A stretch of DNA of 64,000 bases from Marinicella sp. (GTDB lineage Bacteria; Pseudomonadota; Gammaproteobacteria; Xanthomonadales; Marinicellaceae): assembly GCA_965230295.1 (NCBI GenBank), contig OZ246001.1, forward strand, positions 1,760,001 through 1,824,000, read 5' to 3'. Each line of letters begins with the position of its first letter. Positions within the stretch are counted from its first letter, which is position 1. The notes under the pieces were generated by a model, which saw only the letters and a program-made list of their open reading frames with translations, was not told the DNA's origin and made no database searches. Shown one piece after another: positions 29,871 to 39,559 of this stretch. A program made the translations under genes and the position numbers.

Positions 29871-31982
29871 ATGGTCCGGACATTGTATTTACAGATAATC
29901 GTCATTAGCATGCTTGGTTGGTCTTTTGCCAGCCAGTCTCAATCGAAGGTGTCTGGTTGGCAGGTGGATACTGTGCACGGTCCTTCACAACAAGGCATTG
30001 CTGACAGCATAGCATTGGATTTCAACCAGGATGGTCGATTGGATGTGGCTTCAGTGTCATACAACGATGGTCACTTAAGGCTGTATTTAAATCAAGGCAA
30101 CCTCGTTTTTGATCAACAGATCATCAGCACAGATTTATTTGGCGCATTTCGAATCGTCAAAGCAGATTTGAATGACGACAATGAATTTGACTTTATAGTC
30201 CCATCGATAGAGACTTCTGAAATCATTGCCGTGATGAGTGGTCCTGATGGACATGAAAAGCAAGTCATTGCTTCAGGTGTGTTGGTTCCCAGTGATGCCC
30301 AGGTTGGGTTTCTCAATGACGATGATTTATTGGATGTGGCAAGCACTTCATTTCAGGAGGGATTGCTGCTGGCACATCTACAACAAATCGATGGCAGTTT
30401 TGAAACCGAAATCATTTCAGATGTGCCTGTAAACCCCAGAAAAATGGTGCTTGAAGATTTCGATAACGATGGCTTGGTTGATGTGTTGTTGGCCTCATCA
30501 GGTGACGATTCAATCAGGCTTTTCACAAAGCAGCAAAATGATGGGTATGTTGAGACATTGATCAGCAACCAAGCCCTGGGTACCAGGTACACGGAATCTT
30601 GTGACGTCAATGGCGACATGTTACCTGATTTTGTGGTTTCAGCATCAGACGCAAACACCATCTGGGTCTATACAAATTTGGGGTCTAACACATTCAGTCA
30701 AACAGAGCTGGACAATGATGTGGCAGGGGTTCGTTCCTTGTACTGTGTTGACATTGATGATGACGGTCAGCAAGAATTACTCAACTTAGCAGCAGTCACC
30801 GGGGTGATTTATGCCCATGAATTGAAGGGCCCAGTCAACAGGGTTGAAGTGGCCAGTAACAGAGATGGGTATGTCAATGTCAAAGCAGGGGTGTTTACAG
30901 GTGATCAAACAAGCTTATTAACCCAAACGTTTTTTGATAACAGAAATTTGTTGTATGACCCGCTATCAACCAATCAAGAACAAGTGGTTTGGGAAGATTT
31001 TCCAGATGGGGCCAGTGATGTCAAAATGGGAGACATCAACAATGACGGGGTGGAAGATTTGGTGGCATCCAGTTTCAGAGACGATCGGGTGCAATGGTAT
31101 GATGGCACAACCTTTCAACATCACATCATAGCTGAAAATATAGATGGGGCCGCAGAGGTTTTGGTGGTTGATCTGGATGATGACGGATGGGTGGATGTGT
31201 TGTCAGCCGCTTCTTTTGCCAACACTTTTTATTGGCATCGAAATACCGGCAATGAGGTGTTCAATACCTTGGTCATTTTCGACGATGCGCGTTTTGCCAA
31301 TGGATTGGCTGTCGCTGATCTTGATGAAGATGGCCAATTAGATGTGGTCGGGACTTCAGGTTCTGATGACAGTGTCAGGTTGTTTACCCGCAATGGCGTG
31401 TCATTCACTGTACAGTTGCTTGATGACCAAAATGATGCCCCCAATGAGGTCAAAATATATGATATGGACGGAGACATGGATCTTGATTTGGTGGTTCCAT
31501 ATACGTTCTCTGACGAGTTGGTGATGTATGAAAATTTGGGAGGTGCTTTTAGCAGCCAAGTTCTGGCATCAAACCTGGACAGGATTGACTCCACCGCAAT
31601 AACCGACATCAACAATGATGGGTTCATGGATATATTGGCCAGTGTTGCTGGAGATGATGTGGTGGTTAAGTTGATCAATCAAGCCAATGGTGTATTCGTG
31701 CAAGAACCATTGATTCAAGACATTGAAACGCCTAAGAGAATCAAGTTCAATTCAGCCACCCCATACAATTTTTTACAAACCAACTTTTTCCCGAATGGTG
31801 TTGAAGTTGCTTCCATTTATAACTTAGGCGGGGTTCCCGGTGATTATGGTGACTTGTTGTTCGAGTTCAGCAATGCATTGTCCAACTCCAGTCACGTTTT
31901 TTTGGCTTCTTTGCAAGATTTGATTTATGCTGATGGATTTCAAACACAACAAGCCTTCACTCTTGATATTGACCATCCATAA
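29871..31982 (+). CDS. Secreted FG-GAP/VCBS repeat beta-propeller protein with near-terminal DLIYADGFQ tag
   Basis: Signal peptide; many DxxxDGxxD Ca-binding repeats (DFNQDGRLD, DINNDGVED, DLDEDGQLD etc.). Confidence 0.9.
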   Translation: MVRTLYLQIIVISMLGWSFASQSQSKVSGWQVDTVHGPSQQGIADSIALDFNQDGRLDVASVSYNDGHLRLYLNQGNLVFDQQIISTDLFGAFRIVKADLNDDNEFDFIVPSIETSEIIAVMSGPDGHEKQVIASGVLVPSDAQVGFLNDDDLLDVASTSFQEGLLLAHLQQIDGSFETEIISDVPVNPRKMVLEDFDNDGLVDVLLASSGDDSIRLFTKQQNDGYVETLISNQALGTRYTESCDVNGDMLPDFVVSASDANTIWVYTNLGSNTFSQTELDNDVAGVRSLYCVDIDDDGQQELLNLAAVTGVIYAHELKGPVNRVEVASNRDGYVNVKAGVFTGDQTSLLTQTFFDNRNLLYDPLSTNQEQVVWEDFPDGASDVKMGDINNDGVEDLVASSFRDDRVQWYDGTTFQHHIIAENIDGAAEVLVVDLDDDGWVDVLSAASFANTFYWHRNTGNEVFNTLVIFDDARFANGLAVADLDEDGQLDVVGTSGSDDSVRLFTRNGVSFTVQLLDDQNDAPNEVKIYDMDGDMDLDLVVPYTFSDELVMYENLGGAFSSQVLASNLDRIDSTAITDINNDGFMDILASVAGDDVVVKLINQANGVFVQEPLIQDIETPKRIKFNSATPYNFLQTNFFPNGVEVASIYNLGGVPGDYGDLLFEFSNALSNSSHVFLASLQDLIYADGFQTQQAFTLDIDHP

Positions 31983-32159
31983 TCTTTTTGTTTTTAATAA
32001 AACACGTCTTAAATTTAAGGCATCATCAAATGAGTTCCTTTGATTGGTATGAACTCCCAATAGTAAGCAAAGCAAGGTGGTTAATTTACCAATGAATTCT
32101 GTCTATTTATCTAGAATATAGTTAAAATTTAATCGCCTATATATGGAACCATAAATTTA

Positions 32160-32804
32160 ATGAAGAAAAAGCTTTTGTTTGTTCATATTGCTAAGACGGG
32201 AGGCACAAGCATTCGGCGAATGCTCAATAAAGCAACGCCAAAAATAGAATATGATTGTATTCATAATGGTAAGCTTATAAGGCATCAGAACAATAAAATT
32301 GTGCGCCAAGCCATTGGCGGAAGAATGGCTTCAGATGATTATGATTATACGGCTTTTTTTGTTCGAAACCCCTATGCCAGATTACTGAGCTGCTATAAAT
32401 ACTTTTATGGTGGCGGTCTCAATCAGTTCAATGACAAAACATTTCAAGGCGATAAAGACACACAAGAATTGATCAAAAAACAATTCCCGAAATTCCAAGA
32501 TTGTTGTCATAACTTAAAAGAATTTTGTGAAATAATCACCCATGCCAGACCCATGACAGAATGCATTGAAAGCAGCTGTTCATTACCATCAAACCAGAAA
32601 GCCATCATTCAAGGGCGCTTTGAATCATACAATGAAAGTGTGATTAACCTGTTTTCGCATTTAGGCACAACCATTCAAACTGATGACATTCTGAAAATAA
32701 ATTTATCTTCACAAAACGATCAATTTAAATATGACGCAGCTATGAAAGAAGAAGTTTATCAGTTCTATAAAAATGATTTTGATCACTTCAACTATGACAA
32801 GTGA
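32160..32804 (+). CDS. Sulfotransferase family 2 protein
   Basis: FVHIAKTGGTS, VRNPYARLLS, YKNDFDHFNY. Confidence 0.88.
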   Translation: MKKKLLFVHIAKTGGTSIRRMLNKATPKIEYDCIHNGKLIRHQNNKIVRQAIGGRMASDDYDYTAFFVRNPYARLLSCYKYFYGGGLNQFNDKTFQGDKDTQELIKKQFPKFQDCCHNLKEFCEIITHARPMTECIESSCSLPSNQKAIIQGRFESYNESVINLFSHLGTTIQTDDILKINLSSQNDQFKYDAAMKEEVYQFYKNDFDHFNYDK

Positions 32805-32857
32805 TTAATTAATCATATGGGTATCCATTGGTTTTATCACACGGTTTTAGCTAGGAA

Positions 32858-34627
32858 CTAATCCGCATCATTCGATAAATATTTATATTGAACGGCTTGG
32901 TATTTTTTTACCCATTCGTTGTTTTGCATGTCTTTAATATCAAATGATTTGTTGTCATCTAAGAGCACAAAAGTAAAAGCTTGATACTGTTTTTTGACTT
33001 CGTTTAAAAAAGCATAAAACCCCTTCGGTTTGATGTTGGCGATTTTCATTAAGGTTAAACCAATGAAATTCATGCTGGTAAACAGCTCATTTGAATCTGG
33101 AAAATTCACATCATAATTTGCCCAAAATAAATAAGGCACAGTGTGTTGTTGAACCTTTTCCTCAAAAGTCCAGTTTTTCAAAGGAGTCTCCCTTTTTGCT
33201 TTTAATGCGGGTTGGTGGTCGCCGACAATCAATATGATGGTTTTTTCACTGCTGTTCAATTGATTGGTCAGGCTTTTGAACAGTTCATCGATGTGAATCA
33301 TGGCGTTGTAATACGCGATTATTTCATTGTTGTGTTCGTTGCTTAAATCACTGCTCAACAACTTAACCTTGTTGTTTGGGTAATCTTTGATTTTCCATGG
33401 TGCATGAGAAGAGTTAGGGAAGGCGAAGATAAAAGATTTATCTTGATGGCTGATTAATTCACCAATTTTGGCTGAAATTTCCTCGCTGGATCCATATCTT
33501 TTGGTTGGATCAAGTTCAATACTTTGATCAAACCTGCTTAAGCTAAATTTATGGTCAAAACCCAAATGTTCATATATCGAGCCATAACCATACCCTTTCA
33601 TTTCTACCACCTGAATGGCATTGGTGGTGTAGTTATGTTGTTTAAATTGTCTTGCGATGCTTGGTATGTTGTGATGGATGAAGTCTTTATAAGGAATTGA
33701 ACCAACAGGATTAAAAACATTAGAGAAACCTGTTAACAATTCAAATTCTGCATTGATTGACTTCCCTCCAAACACCGGCGAAATGAGGTTGCCAGAAAGA
33801 CCAGAGCTTTCTAACTGATTAAATATTGGAGTCACTTCTATATTGGTTTTCCACGGCAACTCCTTAACGTTTTGGTATGACTCTATCAATAAGACAATGA
33901 CATTGTCAGGGGTTGCTCTCGGGTGTTCAAAAACATCCTGTCCCTTTTGAGAATGGTCACTTAGATATTCATTGGCCAGCTTCAGCGAATAGTGACTGGG
34001 TTTTTCAAGCTTACTTGAGAAATAAGCACTTTGAATGAAAAAAGTTAACAGTCCGAATTTTTGAGTTTTCTCATATATATTTGAATTCCATTTGTATTTT
34101 ATCTTTTGGCTACTGAGGTATTTTTTCACCCCTTGTGGAGTCGAGCTGAGAATAACTACAAACAACAAGAGTGTCACAGAAGAAATAAGCCGATAATGAT
34201 TGCCTTTGCCTTTCTTTGCGGCATAAAAAAAGACAACAGCAATGATACAAAGCAAACTCAGAACAGCGACAAGAACAAAGGTGTCTATGCTGTCTAAATT
34301 TAACAGTAAATCATACAGTTGAAAAAAATCATAGTAAACGATAGGTACCTTCAAATATGAAAACTTGACCAGAGAAACAGCAACAAACAACAAATAAAGG
34401 GTGTTGCTAATAAGAAAAGAAAAGATCAAGTTATTGGTGATGATTAAACAACACAGAAATATCAAAAACAAACCAATAAATTCAATCAGGAACCCTGGTA
34501 ATTCAAGATGAATGTCTGATTGATAGCCTCCAACATATTCTTGTAAAGAATAATAAAGCAAAAATATGACCGCCACTTGAAGTAGAACCAACCCCAGCGA
34601 TATGAGATATTTGTTGTTTTTTATCAT
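32858..34627 (-). CDS. LTA synthase / sulfatase-fold membrane phosphotransferase
   Basis: N-terminal TMs, NVIVLLIES, FGGKSINAEFELLTG, SHAPW, VGDHQP. Confidence 0.88.
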   Translation of the reverse strand: MIKNNKYLISLGLVLLQVAVIFLLYYSLQEYVGGYQSDIHLELPGFLIEFIGLFLIFLCCLIITNNLIFSFLISNTLYLLFVAVSLVKFSYLKVPIVYYDFFQLYDLLLNLDSIDTFVLVAVLSLLCIIAVVFFYAAKKGKGNHYRLISSVTLLLFVVILSSTPQGVKKYLSSQKIKYKWNSNIYEKTQKFGLLTFFIQSAYFSSKLEKPSHYSLKLANEYLSDHSQKGQDVFEHPRATPDNVIVLLIESYQNVKELPWKTNIEVTPIFNQLESSGLSGNLISPVFGGKSINAEFELLTGFSNVFNPVGSIPYKDFIHHNIPSIARQFKQHNYTTNAIQVVEMKGYGYGSIYEHLGFDHKFSLSRFDQSIELDPTKRYGSSEEISAKIGELISHQDKSFIFAFPNSSHAPWKIKDYPNNKVKLLSSDLSNEHNNEIIAYYNAMIHIDELFKSLTNQLNSSEKTIILIVGDHQPALKAKRETPLKNWTFEEKVQQHTVPYLFWANYDVNFPDSNELFTSMNFIGLTLMKIANIKPKGFYAFLNEVKKQYQAFTFVLLDDNKSFDIKDMQNNEWVKKYQAVQYKYLSNDAD

Positions 34628-36573
34628 AAATACTTTTCAAAAATAGGAGTTAGTAATGCCGAGGCCTTACGCGTAATGTGGTCATCATCCCTAAAAAGCA
34701 GGACGTTGTTTTTTACCAATTTACACGGGGATTCCGGGCACAGTATTTTTTCAATAGGCATATATTTTATGGCGTCACCATACACTTTAATTTCATTCAT
34801 AATGATGTCGTTAACACCTTCATTCACTGTTCCAAATAAGTCCTGTTCTTTATTTAAATAAATATTTCTGGCAAAAGTTTTGCGGGGATTGAAGCTGAGC
34901 ACAGGGTTGTCTTCAATAACAACTATATTTTTTTGGTGCTGTACCAGCAACTCAAAGGTTCGGTGTAAGCCCCTGAGGAACAACACATCCCTTGATTCTG
35001 GATAGTTGTTGTTTTGTTGGTAATCGAAGTGTTCAATTTTTCTGCGGTTATGATCATACCCCCTGTAAGCAAGAGCCCAATAGCCTGCCAGAAAAACGGT
35101 TTTGATTTCTTTGTTTTTAATGATTTCATCGATGGCCAAATCTGTAAATCTCAGGCAAGACTTTCTGCCTTTTTTATCAATACCAATGATGGGTCGGCAC
35201 CCGGGTCTTGTATATTGAAAACCAGATTTTCCCTTATTTATGGCAGCTAATTTGAGGCCGTACTTGAAAGCTTCGGCATGAGAATCCCCGAACAAGGCAA
35301 AGCTCGGTTTGGCATTGGGGTCACCAAAAGTGCAGAAGTTTTTATCCTTAATGTCCTGAGAGCTCATCCTGTGACAATGTCTGTTTTCTGGCAGGTAATC
35401 TTTAGATGTGCTTGCGTGAATAACAGCATCCGGTAACCGGCCAGGGAAGCCGTTTGTGTATATGACACATAAAGACAAGGTAATGATCAATGTGGCCATG
35501 ATAAGGAGGCTTTTCAGTTTGGTAGATAACCCCAGCGAATAAATACCATTGCCTCTGAATGGCTTTTCAACAAAAAGATAAGTGATGATGGAAAGCAATA
35601 ATGAAAGCACTAAAATAATTTCATTCAAATAGACATGAGAAAAAGCCATCTTTAGATAAACAGTTATTGGCCAGTGCCATAAATACAAAGAGTAGGATAT
35701 CAAGCCGATGAAAACCAAGTACTTATGTGACAGGACCTTATTCACAAAAGGCTCTTTTTCGAAACTGCCTGAAAAAATGATCAGCATACTTCCCAATACA
35801 GGTAACAGTGCATAATATCCCGGAAACAGTATATTTGTTTCAAACCAATAAATTGGGAAAATAATTAAACAACAGCCAACGATTGATATAAGCTCAATGA
35901 TGTGGCCATTTATTTTTTTTATGTGCTGAAGTATCAGGGTCAGAAAAAAACCAGCCAACAATTCCCAGGCCCTTGAAAACAACATATAAAAGGAAAAAGT
36001 AATATCAAGGCTGGTGTATAAGACATTGATATAAAAAGACAGAATAATCAATGACGTGGTTATTACAAATATTTGTTTTTTATTGAGTTTGGTCAGTATC
36101 AGATAAGCAAAAAGTGGGAACAAAATATAAAATTGCTCCTCGACACCCAGAGACCAAAGGTGTAATAACGGCGTTGCCTCAGCCTCTATTTCAAAATACC
36201 CAGTATTGAGCCAATACAAAACATTTGGTACGAACAGTGTAGAAGCTATTGAAGCAACACCCAGGTCAAAAAACTCGTCACTTAACAGGATAAAGAACCC
36301 GGCAATTAAACAAACCAGGATTAAGGTCAGTAAAACGGGCAGGATCCGCAGAATTCTTTTTTTATAGAAATGTCTAAAGGAGAAATCATTGTTCAGTGTT
36401 TTGGTGTAAATAATCTGAGAAATGAGAAAGCCAGAAATGACAAAAAAAACATCTACACCTATATATCCACCATTGAAAAAAGGATAATCTAAATGGAAAA
36501 AAACCACAGCCAAAACGGCAATGGCTCGTAAGCCATCAATATCAGGTCTGTATTTTAAAGGGGCATTCTTCAT
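34624..36573 (-). CDS. Acyltransferase-3 + SGNH O-acyltransferase (OafA/OatA-like)
   Basis: YRPDIDGLRAIAV, VDVFFVISGF, HLWSLGVEEQFY, GDSHA, DDDH. Confidence 0.93.
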   Translation of the reverse strand: MKNAPLKYRPDIDGLRAIAVLAVVFFHLDYPFFNGGYIGVDVFFVISGFLISQIIYTKTLNNDFSFRHFYKKRILRILPVLLTLILVCLIAGFFILLSDEFFDLGVASIASTLFVPNVLYWLNTGYFEIEAEATPLLHLWSLGVEEQFYILFPLFAYLILTKLNKKQIFVITTSLIILSFYINVLYTSLDITFSFYMLFSRAWELLAGFFLTLILQHIKKINGHIIELISIVGCCLIIFPIYWFETNILFPGYYALLPVLGSMLIIFSGSFEKEPFVNKVLSHKYLVFIGLISYSLYLWHWPITVYLKMAFSHVYLNEIILVLSLLLSIITYLFVEKPFRGNGIYSLGLSTKLKSLLIMATLIITLSLCVIYTNGFPGRLPDAVIHASTSKDYLPENRHCHRMSSQDIKDKNFCTFGDPNAKPSFALFGDSHAEAFKYGLKLAAINKGKSGFQYTRPGCRPIIGIDKKGRKSCLRFTDLAIDEIIKNKEIKTVFLAGYWALAYRGYDHNRRKIEHFDYQQNNNYPESRDVLFLRGLHRTFELLVQHQKNIVVIEDNPVLSFNPRKTFARNIYLNKEQDLFGTVNEGVNDIIMNEIKVYGDAIKYMPIEKILCPESPCKLVKNNVLLFRDDDHITRKASALLTPIFEKYL

Positions 36574-36664
36574 ACTTAGAATAGGTTTGATTGTTATGTC
36601 TTAGGCTGTAGGTAACATCAGAAGAGGTGGCTCAATGGATTTTAGCATGTGGTGCCATGGTTAT

Positions 36665-37597
36665 CTAAAAGAACTTATTTATCAAATCATGGAATGATTT
36701 TCTTTCAAGGTTAAGATCGTGTGCTTTCACAGTCGCATCAGCGTGCCCTTTCATCACTTTCATTGCTTCATTCGTCAGCTCCATTGACTGTCTTGTGACA
36801 GCATAAATATCTTCTAGGGTATAGGAAGGGACAAAACAATTTTTACCATCAATACAATAATCATTACCAATCGCAAACGGGCAAATAACCAATGCATTCA
36901 ACGCCATGGCCTCTAATGCCGGCAGATAAAATCCTTCCAACGGATTGGGAAGACACACCACAGTTTTTGCTACAGATACAAAATCTATGAATGACTGTCT
37001 GTCCATCCTCTCGGACAAAAGTTTAACTTTCAAGCCCAGTGGATCGAGTTTTGCTTTCAGCGCTTCCCCCATTTCAGGGTTTTTCAGGCCTGCGATTAAA
37101 ATGTCAATGGTTTTTGGTTTTATAGCCAGTGTTCGAAGTTCCTTCAAATCGGTTCCTGCTGGAATGGTGATCACTGGTCCATTTACCTGTGGAATTTTGC
37201 TGGCCATTTCAGTCATGGCGCCGCTGACACATATCCGGGTTGCCGGCTTGTCAAGATTCTTGAAACGATCAAACTCTGGCATGAGTTTAGATGGGTGCTG
37301 GATTAAATATATAACTTTGAAACCACTTTCATAATGATACTTGCTCGGGATAAATCGTTCCCAGCCCCAACCAGAAATAAACACCACATCAACTTTTTCC
37401 CAGTCTATTTCAGGCATGACATTGTCTTTGTATCTGAACCAAGGGTTTGAAGGCTGCCAGTCAATATCGTCAGGCATGTACAACAACGTATTTAGGTTTT
37501 CATGGCACAAGGCATGCTCGTAATAATGCCTTACTTTTAAAGCCCCGCCACTTGGCTTAACACTTTTTACCGCAAATATGATATTTAGTTTTTGCAT
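36665..37597 (-). CDS. GT-B (GT4-like) glycosyltransferase
   Basis: PSGGALK, EGFYLPALEAMA (EX7E). Confidence 0.88.
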   Translation of the reverse strand: MQKLNIIFAVKSVKPSGGALKVRHYYEHALCHENLNTLLYMPDDIDWQPSNPWFRYKDNVMPEIDWEKVDVVFISGWGWERFIPSKYHYESGFKVIYLIQHPSKLMPEFDRFKNLDKPATRICVSGAMTEMASKIPQVNGPVITIPAGTDLKELRTLAIKPKTIDILIAGLKNPEMGEALKAKLDPLGLKVKLLSERMDRQSFIDFVSVAKTVVCLPNPLEGFYLPALEAMALNALVICPFAIGNDYCIDGKNCFVPSYTLEDIYAVTRQSMELTNEAMKVMKGHADATVKAHDLNLERKSFHDLINKFF

Positions 37598-38043
37598 CGC
37601 ATCAATCGTTTTTACTTAGTCGCTAATGAACCAGAGAATGGTCAACCATTATAACAACACCACCGGCTTGAATGTGCTTTGGTCGGATACAGCCTAATGG
37701 TGATTAAATGCTTTGCAACCAAAGAATTCAACCCCCATCTAACAACACCCTATACTGCACTTTTTAATGGTTGAAGGGGTTTGTTTGGTGAGTCAGGCCG
37801 TTTCAGTTTCAGCTTGCCTTATCCATTATTTTCAATTACCATTCTTTTGTTTAACATAACTTCTATCACATCTACATCATCATTTGGCTTGTGATACCAA
37901 AATACCATTGAACAAGTGTATTTTTTTATTCTGAAAGTTTTTGGAAGAGTGTATTTAAGTCCGGTCAATAATCAACCTTAAAAATATGTTTTTCTGAAAT
38001 TCTGTAAAGTGAAAAGCGTTCCGTTGAATCTTGAGAGAGCAAA

Positions 38044-38862
38044 ATGTTTACAACCGACAGGTTTATATATATTCAAATGCAAAAGACTGGTTGTACCCAT
38101 ATTGCAAAATTATTGTCGAAGATATTTGATGGAAAACAAGTCGGTACACACAACACTGCATCAAAAGAGCAAATTGACTCAGACCTGTATTTTATCTCTT
38201 CTATAAGAAATCCTTGGGATTGGTATTTATCTCTTTGGACATATGGGGTACAGGGTAGGGGTGGTGTTATGAGCAGACTCACAAAAAAGAATCGTCGTGA
38301 GGCACTCAAAGTGGCTGCAGAAAGCTCCTCTTTGAAAGACAACAAACAAGAACTGCTTAACAAAGTTTTGAAAAAAGTCGCTATATGGGATCAGTTGTAC
38401 GAAGATAATGGCTGTGTAGAATCTTTTAGAAAGTGGCTGAGCCTTATCCAAGACCCAGCTAACGCCAACTTATTGGGCGAAGGGTATGGAGACTCACAAG
38501 TTGCTAGTCATTGTGGATTTATGTCTTATAGATACCTGAAAACATGTTGTTCTGAAGTGGGCAATATCAAGGAGTCAAATACAATATCAAACTACATAGA
38601 TTTGGTTAAGTTTGAAAGAAAGAATTGTTATATTGATTTTTTTATTCGACAAGAATCTTTAGAAAGTGATTTATGTCAGGTGCTAGAAAAAATAAGAACG
38701 CTCAAACAAGAAGAGAAGAGTTTGATTTGGGGTGCAAAAAAAACAAATACATCGGTAAGGCCGCTTTCGATTTCTGAGTATTATGATCAGGAATCAAAAG
38801 ATTTAGTCCTGAATAGAGAACGGCTATTGGTGGAAAAATTTGACTATCAGTTTCCAAGTTGA
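38044..38862 (+). CDS. Sulfotransferase-like protein
   Basis: IYIQMQKTGCT, IRNPWDWYLS, ESLESD, EKFDYQF. Confidence 0.78.
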   Translation: MFTTDRFIYIQMQKTGCTHIAKLLSKIFDGKQVGTHNTASKEQIDSDLYFISSIRNPWDWYLSLWTYGVQGRGGVMSRLTKKNRREALKVAAESSSLKDNKQELLNKVLKKVAIWDQLYEDNGCVESFRKWLSLIQDPANANLLGEGYGDSQVASHCGFMSYRYLKTCCSEVGNIKESNTISNYIDLVKFERKNCYIDFFIRQESLESDLCQVLEKIRTLKQEEKSLIWGAKKTNTSVRPLSISEYYDQESKDLVLNRERLLVEKFDYQFPS

Positions 38863-39013
38863 AAGATAAAAAGAACGCAGTAACCTTCAAGTGTTAAAAT
38901 GAATAATTGCGATTGGTTGGTAAATTTTAGAAGGGCCGAAAACCTCAAAAGAAATGTTATTAAAAGCCTGATCAAAATCAGACTAATGAAGGCTTATTGT
39001 CTACAGTAATAAA

Positions 39014-39559
39014 ATGAACAGAGATTCAGGAAAAATATTTTGTATTGGATTCCATAAAACAGGTACCAAAAGCCTGACATCATCACTCAGACAATTGGGG
39101 TTTAAAGTTAAAGGTAGGTTTGGCGTTAATGACAGCAACATCCAAAACAATGCATTAAGCAAAGCAAAAAAGCTTGTTAGACAATATGATGCATTCCAAG
39201 ATAACCCATGGCCAATTCTATATAAAGAACTGGATGTGTTGGTTCCAAACAGCAAGTTTATTTTAACCATAAGGAACAAAGAATCGTGGTTAAAAAGTGT
39301 TATTAATTACTTTGGTGAAAGTGAAACCGAAATGAGAAAATGGATCTATGGTCATGGTTCACCAGTCAACAATGAATCAATTTATTTATCAACTTACGTC
39401 AAGCACAACGACGCGGTCAAAGATTATTTCTCTGACCGACAATCTGACTTGCTTATCATGGATCTTGAACAAGGAAATGGTTGGAGTGAACTGTGTTCTT
39501 TCTTGAAAATAGATGATGTTCCACTTTCACCTTTTCCACACAAAAACAAAGGATCATGA
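39014..39559 (+). CDS. Sulfotransferase (short, Sulfotransfer_4-like)
   Basis: KIFCIGFHKTGTKS, KFILTIR..ESWLKS, WSELCSFL, FPHKN. Confidence 0.88.
   Translation: MNRDSGKIFCIGFHKTGTKSLTSSLRQLGFKVKGRFGVNDSNIQNNALSKAKKLVRQYDAFQDNPWPILYKELDVLVPNSKFILTIRNKESWLKSVINYFGESETEMRKWIYGHGSPVNNESIYLSTYVKHNDAVKDYFSDRQSDLLIMDLEQGNGWSELCSFLKIDDVPLSPFPHKNKGS

Noticed and set aside
29900-31700. Repeats in the FG-GAP gene as a DNA repeat element
   Set aside because: Protein-level propeller blades, diverged at the nucleotide level
37598-38043. Long intergenic gap in the island as ncRNA or JUMPstart/ops site
   Set aside because: No GGCGGTAG or convincing structure seen; consistent with divergent promoters
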